Assembly (NCBI GenBank): GCA_965648915.1
Contig: CBFGIV010000006.1
Location: 2,109 to 66,108, forward strand
Source: a candidate division WOR-3 bacterium
GTDB taxonomy: Bacteria > Hydrothermota > Tepidihabitantia > SM23-42 > CAYGYG01
Reading direction: 5' to 3'
Length of the DNA stretch: 64,000 nt
Shown: positions 48,072-58,383 of the stretch, piece by piece
Numbering within the stretch: the first letter of the stretch is position 1
Layout: each line of letters opens with the position of its first letter
The notes under the pieces: generated by a model
Databases searched by the model: none
The model's input: only the letters and a program-made list of their open reading frames with translations
Told to the model about the DNA's origin: nothing
Translations under genes and position numbers: made by a program

Positions 48072-48731
48072 ATGTCGATCCTTAATCCAGAAGATGCTCA
48101 GGTCATAAAGAAGGAATTTGAGAAGTTAAAGAATGATATAAACATCATCTTTTTCACCCAGAAGTTTGACTGTCTCTACTGTGCACCAACTGAAGAGTTG
48201 CTCAAAGAGGTTGCTGGATTATCCGAACGGATTAAACTACAGGTCTTTAATTTTGTGATCGATCAAGCGCCGGTCGAGAAATACAAAATAAGAATGATAC
48301 CAGCAATTGTGCTTCAGGGGGTGAAAGATTATGGCATAAGGTTTTATGGGATCCCGGCCGGTTTTGAATTTACCAGCCTGATTGAAGATATTATAGATGC
48401 AGCGAACGGAGAATCAGGACTGAGCACGGATTCAAAGAAGAAGATCGCCACTATAAAACAGCCTGTTCACATTCAAGTTTTTGTAACCCCAACCTGTCCT
48501 TATTGCCCATCAGCAGTTCGGCTGGCGCATAGACTTGCGATTGAGAGTGATTTTATCACCGCAGATATGATTGAGGCTACTGAATTTCCACAACTGGCTA
48601 TGCGTTACCAGGTGATGGGTGTGCCCAGGGTAATTATCAATGAGACCATTCAGTTCGAGGGTGCCCAGCCTGAAGAAAAATTTGTCGATTATGTGCTTAA
48701 GGCTGGTGGGGCTGATAGCATAATCAGTTAG
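48072..48731 (+). CDS. Glutaredoxin-like protein disulfide oxidoreductase (two thioredoxin-fold units)
   Basis: 219 aa with two CxxC sites (CLYC and CPYC) spaced as in the Pyrococcus/Aquifex PDO family. Confidence 0.6.
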   Translation: MSILNPEDAQVIKKEFEKLKNDINIIFFTQKFDCLYCAPTEELLKEVAGLSERIKLQVFNFVIDQAPVEKYKIRMIPAIVLQGVKDYGIRFYGIPAGFEFTSLIEDIIDAANGESGLSTDSKKKIATIKQPVHIQVFVTPTCPYCPSAVRLAHRLAIESDFITADMIEATEFPQLAMRYQVMGVPRVIINETIQFEGAQPEEKFVDYVLKAGGADSIIS

Positions 48732-48787
48732 ATCAAGAAGACGGTCGACCTCCATTATCAATAATATCAAACGAGAGGTTCAGAGAG

Positions 48788-50971
48788 ATGGTTAAAGAGA
48801 GACTCGACTTTTTGATGGTTTTACTAATTTTGTTCCTGGTAATGATTTATGAGCCGAGGATCACCTTTAATCAAGGGCTGATTATTACTGATGATATCTT
48901 TGCCAGCGATTTGATGAACGATCGCTATCCGGTAAGGGTAGAACTGGGAAGGCAGATTAAAAAGGGCAAGATTCCGCTCTGGACTGATTTAATCTATAAT
49001 GGTTTTCCTCTCCAGGCAAATCCTGAGTCCGGAATCACATATCCTTTGAACCTTATTCTCTTCAGGATTTTCTCCCCTGCCCAAGCATTAAACATCTCTA
49101 TTCTTCTGAAATTTTTTCTGTCTGCTTTTTTCCTTTATATCTTTCTCCGGATGATAAGAATCGATCCATTTGCCAGCTTATTCGGCGCGGTGGCATTTAG
49201 CTGGTGTGGTTTTTTTGTCGTCCACTTAAAACATCTCAATATGCACGATGCCGGGATATGGCTCCCATTACTGTTGATCCTTATCGAGAAATATAAAAAT
49301 TCCTCGAGGCCGACCTGGGTTTTGCTAATTTCATTTGTGCTCGGTTTACAGATTTTAGCCGGGCATCCCCAGATCTCCTATTATACAGTACTATTTTTAA
49401 TAATCTATTTCTTATGGCAAAAATTGCCTGATGCAAAAGAGATGGTTGGTCGAGTAAGATTGGTGGTTATCTGCGGCCTGATGATTATCTTGGGTCTGGG
49501 GTTAGGGATGATTCAATTGTTGCCCGGTAAGGAATTGACCGATCTTTCGGAAAGGAGCGGCGGCGTTACATATCAATTTGCCACTCAATATCCGTATTAC
49601 CTGCCCGATCTCCTGACTTTTATCTTTCCCTATATTAATGGTGATCCGGGCCAGGGGACATATGTAAAACCGGGTATCTTCTGGGAAGATTATGGTTATG
49701 TTGGACTCTTACCTCTTTTCTTTGCCTTCTATGCAATGGTGAAGACGATAAAGAAGAACCGATATACAAGATTCTGGACTCTAACCTTAATTATCTCTCT
49801 GATCCTGATGCTGGGTGATCAAGCCGTTCTCTACAAATTTCTTTTTTATATTTTACCGGGTATGAACTATTTCCGTTTCTCAACCCGTTTTATCCTCTTT
49901 GTTGACCTATCTCTATCGATCCTGGCAGCCATCGGTGTTGCACAGGCCTTAAACAGGAGAGGAAAAATTGCATACATGATCGTAATTGTTCTGACCATCG
50001 CCGATCTCTTCATTATGCATAGAAGGCAGAATCCAGTAGTGGCTAAAGATGAATGGGAAAGAGTACCCCATACCGCACAGATGATCAGACAGGATACAAG
50101 CCTTTTTAGAGTCTTTTCGATTGGTGGTGTTGAATCACACAAGATTGCCTTCAGTCGTGCCGCAGGTTGGTCTAAAGATCTTACCCCCTATATTCAACAG
50201 CGAGCGGTGTTACAGCCTTCCTCTAATATCCTTTATAATATAGCCAGCGCTGATGGTTATATCAATCTTGTTCCCAGGACCACAGTCCAGATGTGGGGTA
50301 ATGAGAAACGGCGGGGAGTGATCCACAGTACTGCGTCACTGTCACCGGATTTAAGCTGCCTCATTGTAACCGAGAATTTTATCAATATCCTGAAGGCATT
50401 TAATGTAAAATATCTCGTTTCGATCTGGCCGATTGAATATCCAGGCTTGAAATTGCTGAAGGTGCAGGATGGGGTCTGGTTGTACCAGAATCTCGATGTT
50501 CTACCCCGGGCCTATCCTGTATTCAAGGCGACCAGTATGAATGATCAGGCGGCGAGTGCACACCTTATTCAGGGGAAGATCGATCTGTCCAGAGTCGTGA
50601 TTATCAATGATTCAACCATACCTGATGTGAGTGATGATACATCAGATGGGGGCGCAGGTAGAGTATTTATTAAAACATATAACACCCGGCAGATTGAGAT
50701 AGAGGTCAATTTCTTGCGCAAAGGCTGGCTCTTTCTATCGGACACCTATTATCCAGGCTGGTCGGCCCGGGTTGACGGACAACGAGTAAAAGTGTATCGG
50801 GCCAATATCTGCGGTCGGGCAATACCGCTCGAAGCGGGAAGACACCAGGTAACATTCTTTTACCAGCCCCGCAGTTATCAGATTGGTAAACTCATCAGTC
50901 TGCTCTCCCTGTTTATAATATCGGTCGGGATTTTCCTGGACCGGATTTTCTTTTTAAGAATTAAATTGTGA
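48788..50971 (+). CDS. Polytopic membrane protein, YfhO-like / glycosyltransferase-39-like architecture
   Basis: 727 aa. About 10-12 N-terminal TM helices, a large extracytoplasmic C-terminal domain and a terminal TM anchor. Family call is architectural only. Confidence 0.4.
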   Translation: MVKERLDFLMVLLILFLVMIYEPRITFNQGLIITDDIFASDLMNDRYPVRVELGRQIKKGKIPLWTDLIYNGFPLQANPESGITYPLNLILFRIFSPAQALNISILLKFFLSAFFLYIFLRMIRIDPFASLFGAVAFSWCGFFVVHLKHLNMHDAGIWLPLLLILIEKYKNSSRPTWVLLISFVLGLQILAGHPQISYYTVLFLIIYFLWQKLPDAKEMVGRVRLVVICGLMIILGLGLGMIQLLPGKELTDLSERSGGVTYQFATQYPYYLPDLLTFIFPYINGDPGQGTYVKPGIFWEDYGYVGLLPLFFAFYAMVKTIKKNRYTRFWTLTLIISLILMLGDQAVLYKFLFYILPGMNYFRFSTRFILFVDLSLSILAAIGVAQALNRRGKIAYMIVIVLTIADLFIMHRRQNPVVAKDEWERVPHTAQMIRQDTSLFRVFSIGGVESHKIAFSRAAGWSKDLTPYIQQRAVLQPSSNILYNIASADGYINLVPRTTVQMWGNEKRRGVIHSTASLSPDLSCLIVTENFINILKAFNVKYLVSIWPIEYPGLKLLKVQDGVWLYQNLDVLPRAYPVFKATSMNDQAASAHLIQGKIDLSRVVIINDSTIPDVSDDTSDGGAGRVFIKTYNTRQIEIEVNFLRKGWLFLSDTYYPGWSARVDGQRVKVYRANICGRAIPLEAGRHQVTFFYQPRSYQIGKLISLLSLFIISVGIFLDRIFFLRIKL

Positions 50972-51069
50972 AATAGATCCCCGGCTAAGAGAGGAATTTC
51001 TAAAACTCTGGTAATTCCGTAAAAAACCATTTCTCACTATTCTGGTGGAGATTGGATTATCAAAAGGCG

Positions 51070-51097
51070 TTGACTGATCTTAAATATAGATTATACT
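51070..51097 (+). promoter_or_regulatory. Candidate sigma-70 promoter for smpB operon (TTGACT-N16-TATACT); near-leaderless
   Basis: The -10 ends 7 nt before the smpB ATG (51105). There is no SD sequence. Confidence 0.4.
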
Positions 51098-51104
51098 ATC
51101 GATT

Positions 51105-51554
51105 ATGAAAGTTGTCGTTACAAATCGTAAGGCCTATAAGGATTTTGAAATCTATGAAGAGTTTGAAGCAGGGATAGTTTTGAAAGGCTGTGAGGTTAAA
51201 TCCTTAAGAAATGGTGCAGTCGCTCTGTCGGATGGTTATGCTCAGGTTAAAAAAGGTGAAGTTTTCTTATATAATATTCACATCAGTCCTTATAAAGAAG
51301 GCAGTTTTTATAACCCTGATCCCAGGCGTCCGAGAAAACTTCTTTTAAAGATGCACGAGATCAACAAACTCTTTGGCTTGACCCAGCAACGGGGTTATAC
51401 AATTGTTCCTTTGAAGATATATTTTAATGATAAAGGGAAGGCCAAAGTTTTAATCGGACTGGGCCGAGGAAGAAAGGCTTATGATAAAAAGGAAAAACTG
51501 CTCAGAGAAGAGATGAGGCGCGAAATCGTCAAAACCAGAAGACTGGCTCGATGA
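51105..51554 (+). CDS. smpB: SsrA-binding protein
   Basis: 149 aa, canonical SmpB. Confidence 0.95.
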   Translation: MKVVVTNRKAYKDFEIYEEFEAGIVLKGCEVKSLRNGAVALSDGYAQVKKGEVFLYNIHISPYKEGSFYNPDPRRPRKLLLKMHEINKLFGLTQQRGYTIVPLKIYFNDKGKAKVLIGLGRGRKAYDKKEKLLREEMRREIVKTRRLAR

Positions 51555-52903
51555 TCGAACTGGTTATATATTTTATACTTCAGTCCCATAAATTGCAGGT
51601 CTCGACCGGAGATCAACAGAGGCTATTTGAGGCCCGGGTTGTTGAAAATCATGATTATATAAACCTCTCCGACTTATGCAATCTGCTCGGACTGCAGTTC
51701 GTTTTTGATTATTCACGACAACGGGTTGTGGTTCTCGATTCTACCAGTGAAGCAATTTTTTTCTTAAATGTCTCTTTAACTAAAATAAACAATAACTATA
51801 TAAATCTACCTTTTACACTAATTTTGTCTGATGACGAAATACTTTTTCCCAGGGCGATGACGACATCATTTTTTACCAAGTACTTTAATCGGCTGGTCAT
51901 GGTCCAGGAGATTGAGACTCGGCCTGAAATCAAAAGTTATAAACTTGATACCCGGGGAGACACGGTCGTTTTCCGGTTTGACCTTGAATATGAAACCGAG
52001 ACCGATTTAGAGTTTGAAGGGCAGAAAGTCTTTCTCGAAGTCAACGGTTTGATTCCGGCTAAGAAGAAGAGAACCTGGCCCGGTATTAAACTTGTAAAAG
52101 AGTATGAGGTTGAACCATTTTTAAATTATACGCGTTTCACCTTTAAATTGACCGATAAACATATTGAGACTATTCTGCGGGAAAATGAACTACTCTTTTT
52201 AATCCGGGAGAGACCTGTTTTTGACCTGATTGTTCTGGATCCAGGTCATGGCGGTATTGACCCGGGGGCGATAGGCAAGCGGGGTCTGTATGAAAAGGAT
52301 TGTAATTTAGCCATCTCATTACGATTGAAGAAGTTAATCGAAGACTCACTTAATATGAAAGTCATAATGACCCGGGATGAAGATGTTTATCTTTCTCTGG
52401 TTCAGAGGACTAGAATTGCCAATCGCAATCGGGCCGATCTTTTCTTAAGTATCCACTGTAATGCATCGAGAAAGAAAAAACAACCTTGCGGGATAGAGAC
52501 TTATTTTCTTTCTGAAGCCAAGACCGATGATGCCCGGTCGACCGCAGCCCTGGAAAATGCCTCAATAAAATTTGATCAACCAGAAGAGTTTGATTCTGAC
52601 CTGAAGAAGATTCTATCCGATATTGCCCAGACTGAATTCCTGCAGGAGTCGAGCGATCTGGCGGAGTCTATTCAGGATGAGGCAGGAAGATTGTTGCCGA
52701 TTCCGAACCGCGGTATAAATCAGGCAAATTTCTATGTCCTGAATGGTGCCTATATGCCGGCGGTTTTAGTTGAATGTGCATTTATTTCAAACCCGGAAGA
52801 GGAAAAGTTGTTAAGAGAGACAAAGTTTCGTAATCAACTGGCTTACACCATTTTTTGTGGGATAAGAAAGTTTATTAAAGATTATAATCGGAGGTTAAAT
52901 TGA
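51551..52903 (+). CDS. N-acetylmuramoyl-L-alanine amidase (Amidase_3, AmiC-like, N-terminal AMIN-type domains)
   Basis: 450 aa. Amidase_3 motifs VLDPGHGGIDPGA, SIHCNA, and glutamate in ECAFISN. Confidence 0.85.
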   Translation: MIELVIYFILQSHKLQVSTGDQQRLFEARVVENHDYINLSDLCNLLGLQFVFDYSRQRVVVLDSTSEAIFFLNVSLTKINNNYINLPFTLILSDDEILFPRAMTTSFFTKYFNRLVMVQEIETRPEIKSYKLDTRGDTVVFRFDLEYETETDLEFEGQKVFLEVNGLIPAKKKRTWPGIKLVKEYEVEPFLNYTRFTFKLTDKHIETILRENELLFLIRERPVFDLIVLDPGHGGIDPGAIGKRGLYEKDCNLAISLRLKKLIEDSLNMKVIMTRDEDVYLSLVQRTRIANRNRADLFLSIHCNASRKKKQPCGIETYFLSEAKTDDARSTAALENASIKFDQPEEFDSDLKKILSDIAQTEFLQESSDLAESIQDEAGRLLPIPNRGINQANFYVLNGAYMPAVLVECAFISNPEEEKLLRETKFRNQLAYTIFCGIRKFIKDYNRRLN

Positions 52904-53700
52904 ATCGACCGATCGGTATTTTTGACTCCGGGATTGGGGGACTTTCAGTGGTGAAGGAATTGAGAAAAATTCTCCCCAACGAAGAGATCATCTACTTTGG
53001 TGATACGGCCCGGCTGCCTTACGGAACTAAATCGAAAGAGACAATTGCTAAATTTTCTCTTGAGAATGCAAAATTCTTAATTACCCGAGGAGTGAAGATG
53101 ATTATTGTCGCCTGCCATTCTTCAGCATCAGCCGCACTCGATGATTTGACCAAAAGGATTGATCTGCCGATAATTGGAGTGATTGAACCCGGTGCCCGGG
53201 CTGCGCTTAAATCTGATCCGACCAAAAAGATAGGTGTTATCGGTACCCAGGCGACAATCTCAAGCGGCGCTTACGAAAGGGTATTACGACAGTTCGGTTC
53301 AAAGGGCGAGATTATCGGTCGTGCCTGTCCCCTATTTGTTCCCCTGGTTGAAGAAGGGTGGCTTAACCATAAGATTACATATTTGATTGCTGAAGAATAT
53401 CTTGCGCCCCTGCTGCGTGATAAGATCGATATTTTAATTTTAGGATGCACGCACTATCCATTACTAAAAGATGTAATCAGTCAGGTGATGAAAGGAGTAA
53501 AATTGATTGACCCGGCGGTCGAAACCGCCCAGGTAGTAAAAACAGTCCTTGAAAAAAATAACATTTTGACGAGGTCCAGTCACAGTGGTCGCCTTTTGAT
53601 CTATCTTTCAGACCTTGCCCCGCACTTTAAAGAGATCGGGCAGCGTTTTTTAGGTGAAGAGATCCGGGATGTTGCGCTGGTTAAACTGGAGGAAGAATGA
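52900..53700 (+). CDS. murI: Glutamate racemase
   Basis: 266 aa. IGIFDSGIGGLSV, catalytic Cys contexts VACHS and LGCTHYP. Confidence 0.9.
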   Translation: MNRPIGIFDSGIGGLSVVKELRKILPNEEIIYFGDTARLPYGTKSKETIAKFSLENAKFLITRGVKMIIVACHSSASAALDDLTKRIDLPIIGVIEPGARAALKSDPTKKIGVIGTQATISSGAYERVLRQFGSKGEIIGRACPLFVPLVEEGWLNHKITYLIAEEYLAPLLRDKIDILILGCTHYPLLKDVISQVMKGVKLIDPAVETAQVVKTVLEKNNILTRSSHSGRLLIYLSDLAPHFKEIGQRFLGEEIRDVALVKLEEE

Positions 53701-54413
53701 GGAGTGATGGACGGCGCTTTGATGAACTGCGCAGAATTGATGCCGAAATCGGTTTCTTAAAATACGCGGGTGGTTCCTGCCTCCTCACTGCGGGCAACAC
53801 CAGGGTGATCTGTGCCGCGACAATTGAAGATCGGGTTCCGCCATTTCTAACTGGTTCGGGCACAGGCTGGCTGACCGCAGAATATGGTCTATTACCCTGC
53901 TCTACCCAGGAAAGGGTGCAACGCGAGGCAACATCGGGTCGGTTGCAGGGGAGGACGCATGAGATTAAAAGATTCATCGGTCGGTCACTGCGGCCGATCA
54001 TTGACTTGAAAGCACTGGGGGAGAAGACGATAATTATTGATTGCGATGTTATTCAGGCTGATGGCGGCACAAGGACACTTTCCGTTAATGGTGCATTTAT
54101 TGCTCTATTTTTACTCTTGGATAAACTGGTTAAGAATGGTGAACTTCCGCGAATACCGATAATCGACTCGGTCGCAGCGGTGAGCGTCGGGATTATTGAC
54201 GGACAGCCCCTGCTCGACCTCTGCTATGAAGAAGATGTCCGGGCCGAAGTTGATATGAATATCGTTATGACCGGTCAGGGAAGGGTTGTTGAAATACAGG
54301 GAACCGCAGAACACAATCCATTTACGGAGAGTGAACTTTTTCAGATGTTCAATCTGGCAAAGAAAGGGATTCACGAAATAATCGCTTTGGAGCGGAAGTT
54401 ATTAAGATGGTGA
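53697..54413 (+). CDS. rph: Ribonuclease PH
   Basis: 238 aa, canonical RNase PH (DGRRFDELR...TGSGTGWLTAEY). Confidence 0.95.
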   Translation: MRSDGRRFDELRRIDAEIGFLKYAGGSCLLTAGNTRVICAATIEDRVPPFLTGSGTGWLTAEYGLLPCSTQERVQREATSGRLQGRTHEIKRFIGRSLRPIIDLKALGEKTIIIDCDVIQADGGTRTLSVNGAFIALFLLLDKLVKNGELPRIPIIDSVAAVSVGIIDGQPLLDLCYEEDVRAEVDMNIVMTGQGRVVEIQGTAEHNPFTESELFQMFNLAKKGIHEIIALERKLLRW

Positions 54414-54468
54414 TTAAAGAGATGTTGCCCGGTGTGAGAATAGTTAAGGGAGATTTACTCAAGAGGCA

Positions 54469-55452
54469 ATGCTGAAGGAATTTACCCGAGTTGTCTCCGA
54501 GAAGATGCGCGGTGTCAGACTCGATCAGTATCTGATCCAGAGTGGTATCGGCCTTTCGAGAAATTCGGTGCAGAAATTGATTGAGGGGGGGCAGGTCCTC
54601 GTCAACAATCTCACTGTAAAGCCTTCCTACCGGGTTAAGGCCAATGACTCAATTGTGGCTAAATTTGAGGTTCAGACCGAGCCCAAAATCAAACCGGAAA
54701 AGATGGATCTGGACATCATCTTTGAAGATGATGATATCATCATCGTTAATAAACCAAGAGGAATCATTGTCCATCCGGCACGGGGTAATTTTGAACATAC
54801 CCTGGTAAATGGTCTGCTCGATCATTGTGGAAATCTACCGAGTCTTTCTGAAGAAACCAGGCCGGGTGTGGTTCACCGTCTGGACAAAGAGACGACCGGT
54901 CTTTTGATCTTTGCCAAGACCGATCAGGCATTGAGTATTTTGGGTAAGGCGATTGAGGCACGGAGGATAAAACGGGAGTATCTTGCATTGTGCTGGGGTG
55001 ATCTACCTTTGCATCAAGGTGAGATTGAGGCGCCGATCGGCCGATCGATCCTTGATCGGAAAAAAATGTCGGTAACCCCCTTTTCGTCAAAAAAAGCGAT
55101 AACCAGTTACCGGGTACTGGAGCGATTTAAAATCGCTACCTACTTGAGACTGGCGCTCCAGACCGGCCGTACCCATCAGATCCGCGTCCATATGGCACAT
55201 ATCGACCACCCGATTGTGGGCGATCCTGACTATAATGGTCGAAATATTTCCGTGATCAAAGATCGTGAATATTTTCCAATTTTTAAGAAGGTTCTTGAAA
55301 TGATAAGTCGCCAGGCACTCCATGCAGCATATCTCGCATTTGATCACCCGATTACCAGAAAACCGATGCAATTCGAAGCACCCATTCCCCAGGATTTTAG
55401 TATGGTCCTTGAATATCTTCGATCTATTCGCCAAACTTCAGGCGGGCAGTAA
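54469..55452 (+). CDS. rluD: 23S rRNA pseudouridine synthase, RluA/RluD family with N-terminal S4 domain
   Basis: 327 aa. S4 domain RLDQYL. Catalytic HRLDKETTGLL. Confidence 0.85.
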   Translation: MLKEFTRVVSEKMRGVRLDQYLIQSGIGLSRNSVQKLIEGGQVLVNNLTVKPSYRVKANDSIVAKFEVQTEPKIKPEKMDLDIIFEDDDIIIVNKPRGIIVHPARGNFEHTLVNGLLDHCGNLPSLSEETRPGVVHRLDKETTGLLIFAKTDQALSILGKAIEARRIKREYLALCWGDLPLHQGEIEAPIGRSILDRKKMSVTPFSSKKAITSYRVLERFKIATYLRLALQTGRTHQIRVHMAHIDHPIVGDPDYNGRNISVIKDREYFPIFKKVLEMISRQALHAAYLAFDHPITRKPMQFEAPIPQDFSMVLEYLRSIRQTSGGQ

Positions 55453-55523
55453 TTATCAATCCCATTTTCTTAAACTCGGCTGGAGCCACCTTAAATTTTG
55501 TGATACCGGATTCGCAGGTTCTA

Positions 55524-55551
55524 TTGACTTTGATGTGTTTATGGATATAAT
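55524..55551 (+). promoter_or_regulatory. Candidate sigma-70 promoter (TTGACT-N16-TATAAT) for the BCCP-like/LUD gene pair
   Basis: TTGACT 55524-55529, TATAAT 55546-55551, about 45-nt leader. Confidence 0.45.
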
Positions 55552-55602
55552 AGTGCCTGCTCGCCAAAGTGAGCTCAAGACTTCTATGAAGGATTCTTAA
55601 AA

Positions 55603-56091
55603 ATGGCATATATCATCAATGTCGAAGACAAGAAATACAAGGCTGAAATTCATAAGGATGGAGATATCTTTAAGGTCTTGCTCGATGGTCGGGAATTTCA
55701 AGTCGAGGTTGCTTATCAGGATCGAGAGAAATTTACTCTGATTATTGAGCATAAACCCCACCAGGTATTTGTGGATGCAGATGACCAACTGATTATCGAG
55801 GGAGAGACTTACAGATTTGATATCAGGGACGAACGGTCGGCTAAGTTAGCGAAGGCCGGTGCCGAGGTATCACATAAAGAGATAACTATATCTGCACCGA
55901 TGCCGGGATTGATTGTCGATGTTGAAGTTAAAGAAGGAGAGGCTGTCCCGGCGGGCCGGGGCCTGGTTATTCTTGAGGCGATGAAGATGCAGAACGAACT
56001 TAAGGCACCGAAAGCCGGGGTGGTGAAAGCGGTGAAGGTTAAACCCGGGGAAAAGGTTAATGGGGGTGATGTATTGATTGTCCTCCAGTGA
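55603..56091 (+). CDS. Biotin carboxyl carrier-type biotinyl-domain protein
   Basis: 162 aa. C-terminal biotinyl domain with EAMKMQNEL (AMKM biotinylation lysine). Confidence 0.7.
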   Translation: MAYIINVEDKKYKAEIHKDGDIFKVLLDGREFQVEVAYQDREKFTLIIEHKPHQVFVDADDQLIIEGETYRFDIRDERSAKLAKAGAEVSHKEITISAPMPGLIVDVEVKEGEAVPAGRGLVILEAMKMQNELKAPKAGVVKAVKVKPGEKVNGGDVLIVLQ

Positions 56092-56708
56092 CGAAAGATA
56101 AATTAGAGGAGATTATTCAAACACTGAGAGATAATGGTTTTATAAGTTATCTCTTTAACAACCGGGATGAATTCTACATAAAGTTTTTTCAGGACATCAC
56201 GGATGCAAAGACGATCGGGATTGGTGGTTCGGTTACGATTCGTGAACTGAAATTGATTGAGCGTATTGAAGAGATGAGGAAAGAGGTTGTCCATCACTGG
56301 ATACCAGGGCTGACCGAAGAGGAGGATGAACCAATCCGAAGAAAAGAGATGGCATGCGATCTCTTCCTGACATCCACAAATGCCTTGACCGAATCCGGCC
56401 AACTGATAAATATCGATGGAATAGGTAATCGGGTTGCGGCGATGATCTTCGGGCCGAAAAAGGTTTATATTGTAACTGGCGTGAATAAGATTGTTAAAGA
56501 TCTTGAAGCCGGGATAAGCCGGATAAAGAATATTGCTGCCCCGTTAAACGCAAGGCGGGTGAAAGCTGATGTCCCGTGTGCGGTTACCGGTAGATGTGAA
56601 GAGTGTAATTCACCCCGCAGGATCTGTCGCGTAATAACAATTCATGAGCGACCACCCTTAAGAACTGAAATGAGGATATATCTCATAAATGAAACACTGG
56701 GGTTTTGA
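56088..56708 (+). CDS. LUD-domain (LutC/YkgG, formerly DUF162) protein with C-terminal Cys cluster
   Basis: 206 aa. LUD-like core (IGIGGSVT...TSTNALTESGQLINIDG...VYIVTGVNKIV). Extra CAVTGRCEECNSPRRICR motif. 4-nt overlap with the BCCP gene. Confidence 0.5.
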   Translation: MTKDKLEEIIQTLRDNGFISYLFNNRDEFYIKFFQDITDAKTIGIGGSVTIRELKLIERIEEMRKEVVHHWIPGLTEEEDEPIRRKEMACDLFLTSTNALTESGQLINIDGIGNRVAAMIFGPKKVYIVTGVNKIVKDLEAGISRIKNIAAPLNARRVKADVPCAVTGRCEECNSPRRICRVITIHERPPLRTEMRIYLINETLGF

Positions 56709-56748
56709 GATTATAAAGAATGGAACGAAAATAGCCGAGAGGTTAAGG

Positions 56749-58383
56749 ATGCAGAGATTTATTGTAATGGTTTATCTTATGGCCGGGTTAGCACTATTTG
56801 CTCAGAACCAGCAATGGGTCGTCCGTTATAATGGACCGGCAAATGTGGTTGATGGAGGATTGGGGATCGTAGTTGATGAGATGGGTAATGTTTATGTCAC
56901 GGGCCGAAGTGGTAATACACCAAGTACCTTTGAGTGCACAACGATAAAGTATAGTGCTACTGGTGTTGAACGATGGATCAGGAAATATCATGGCCCGGTT
57001 GATTCCAATTATACCGATACGGGCTGGGATATAGCCTACGATGGATTGGGGAATCTATATGTCGCGGCGGCGAGCCGGGATAGTATCACCGGTGATGATA
57101 TTGCGATCATTAAATATGACACTTCGGGTAATCAGCACTGGGTTGCAAGATATAATGGCCCAGGTAATGATTATGACTGGCCGTTTGAGATAGAGGCCGA
57201 TATCGCCGGTAATGTCTATGTGACGGGCCGGAGTGTTGGCGCAGGAACCGGATTTGATTATGTAACCATCAAATATGATTCAGCCGGTAAAGAGATGTGG
57301 GTAAGACGCTATAATGGAACCGGTAACAGTAGTGATGAGGCATACAGCATAGCGGTTGATCAGGCCGGTAATGTCTATGTCACCGGCACCAGCACCGGTG
57401 CGGGCACTGGTCTTGACTTTGCAACTATCAAGTACAGCCCATCCGGTGATGAGAGATGGGTGCAGAGATATAATTCCAGCGGTGAGATGGATGAATTTGG
57501 AACCACACTTTCAATTGATCGATCGGGGAATGTCTATATCACCGGTGGCAGTTGGAAATTTATGCAGGGTGTCCGTTCCGACTATGTAACGATAAAATAC
57601 GATTCGAGTGGAAATGAAAAATGGGTGGTTAAATATGCCGGACCCCAGGATGATGTGCCTGAGGAGATTGTGGTTGGTCGATATGGGGGAGTATATGTTA
57701 CTGGTTACAGTTGGGGATCATCATCGACCAAAACCGACTACCTGACTGTAAAATATGATACTTCCGGTAATGAACAGTGGGTGCGGAGGTACGACGGCCC
57801 GGCTCATGATAATGATCAGCCCGAGGCAATTACCATTGACCGGCAGGAAAATGTCTATGTGACCGGCAAGAGTCGCGGGCTTAAAGATGATGATTATGCA
57901 ACTCTGGTATATGATTCGGCGGGAAATCAACTAACCCTTCAGCGCTATGATGGACCCAATTCATCGGGCTGGCCTGATGCGGCCCAGGATATTGTGGCGG
58001 ATGGAGGTCGTAATTTCTATGTTACCGGTTTCAGTGGCGGTATCAACTCCTGTTACGACTTCGCCACAATTAAGTATTCACTCAGCGGAGTGGTCAATCA
58101 AAACTGCCCGGACCGAATTCCGATTTACGAGATTTATCCTAATCCCTTCCGGTCCGAGATTAATATTAAATTCAATTCAGTGGCGGATAATAACTGGATT
58201 GGATTAAAAATTTATGATGCATCCGGTCGTCTGGTCCGGCATTTTAGCCCTTCGGCCCTGATTACCTGGGATGGCCGGGATGACTTCGGAAATCCTCTGC
58301 CTTCGGCTGTCTACTTTCTTATTTTTGCAACCAGAAGTTCAACTGTGACCGGGAAGGTCGTTAAGTTAGATCAGGTCAGGTAA
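56749..58383 (+). CDS. Secreted SBBP (beta-propeller) repeat protein with T9SS C-terminal domain
   Basis: Start chosen at ATG 56749 (signal peptide MQRFIVMVYLMAGLALFAQ); the ORF track starts at 56689. At least nine repeats of WVxRYNGPxNxxDxxxxIAVDxxGNVYVTGxS. C-terminal IYPNPFRSEINIKF...LKIYDASGRLV...AVYFLIF T9SS tail. Confidence 0.6.
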   Translation: MQRFIVMVYLMAGLALFAQNQQWVVRYNGPANVVDGGLGIVVDEMGNVYVTGRSGNTPSTFECTTIKYSATGVERWIRKYHGPVDSNYTDTGWDIAYDGLGNLYVAAASRDSITGDDIAIIKYDTSGNQHWVARYNGPGNDYDWPFEIEADIAGNVYVTGRSVGAGTGFDYVTIKYDSAGKEMWVRRYNGTGNSSDEAYSIAVDQAGNVYVTGTSTGAGTGLDFATIKYSPSGDERWVQRYNSSGEMDEFGTTLSIDRSGNVYITGGSWKFMQGVRSDYVTIKYDSSGNEKWVVKYAGPQDDVPEEIVVGRYGGVYVTGYSWGSSSTKTDYLTVKYDTSGNEQWVRRYDGPAHDNDQPEAITIDRQENVYVTGKSRGLKDDDYATLVYDSAGNQLTLQRYDGPNSSGWPDAAQDIVADGGRNFYVTGFSGGINSCYDFATIKYSLSGVVNQNCPDRIPIYEIYPNPFRSEINIKFNSVADNNWIGLKIYDASGRLVRHFSPSALITWDGRDDFGNPLPSAVYFLIFATRSSTVTGKVVKLDQVR

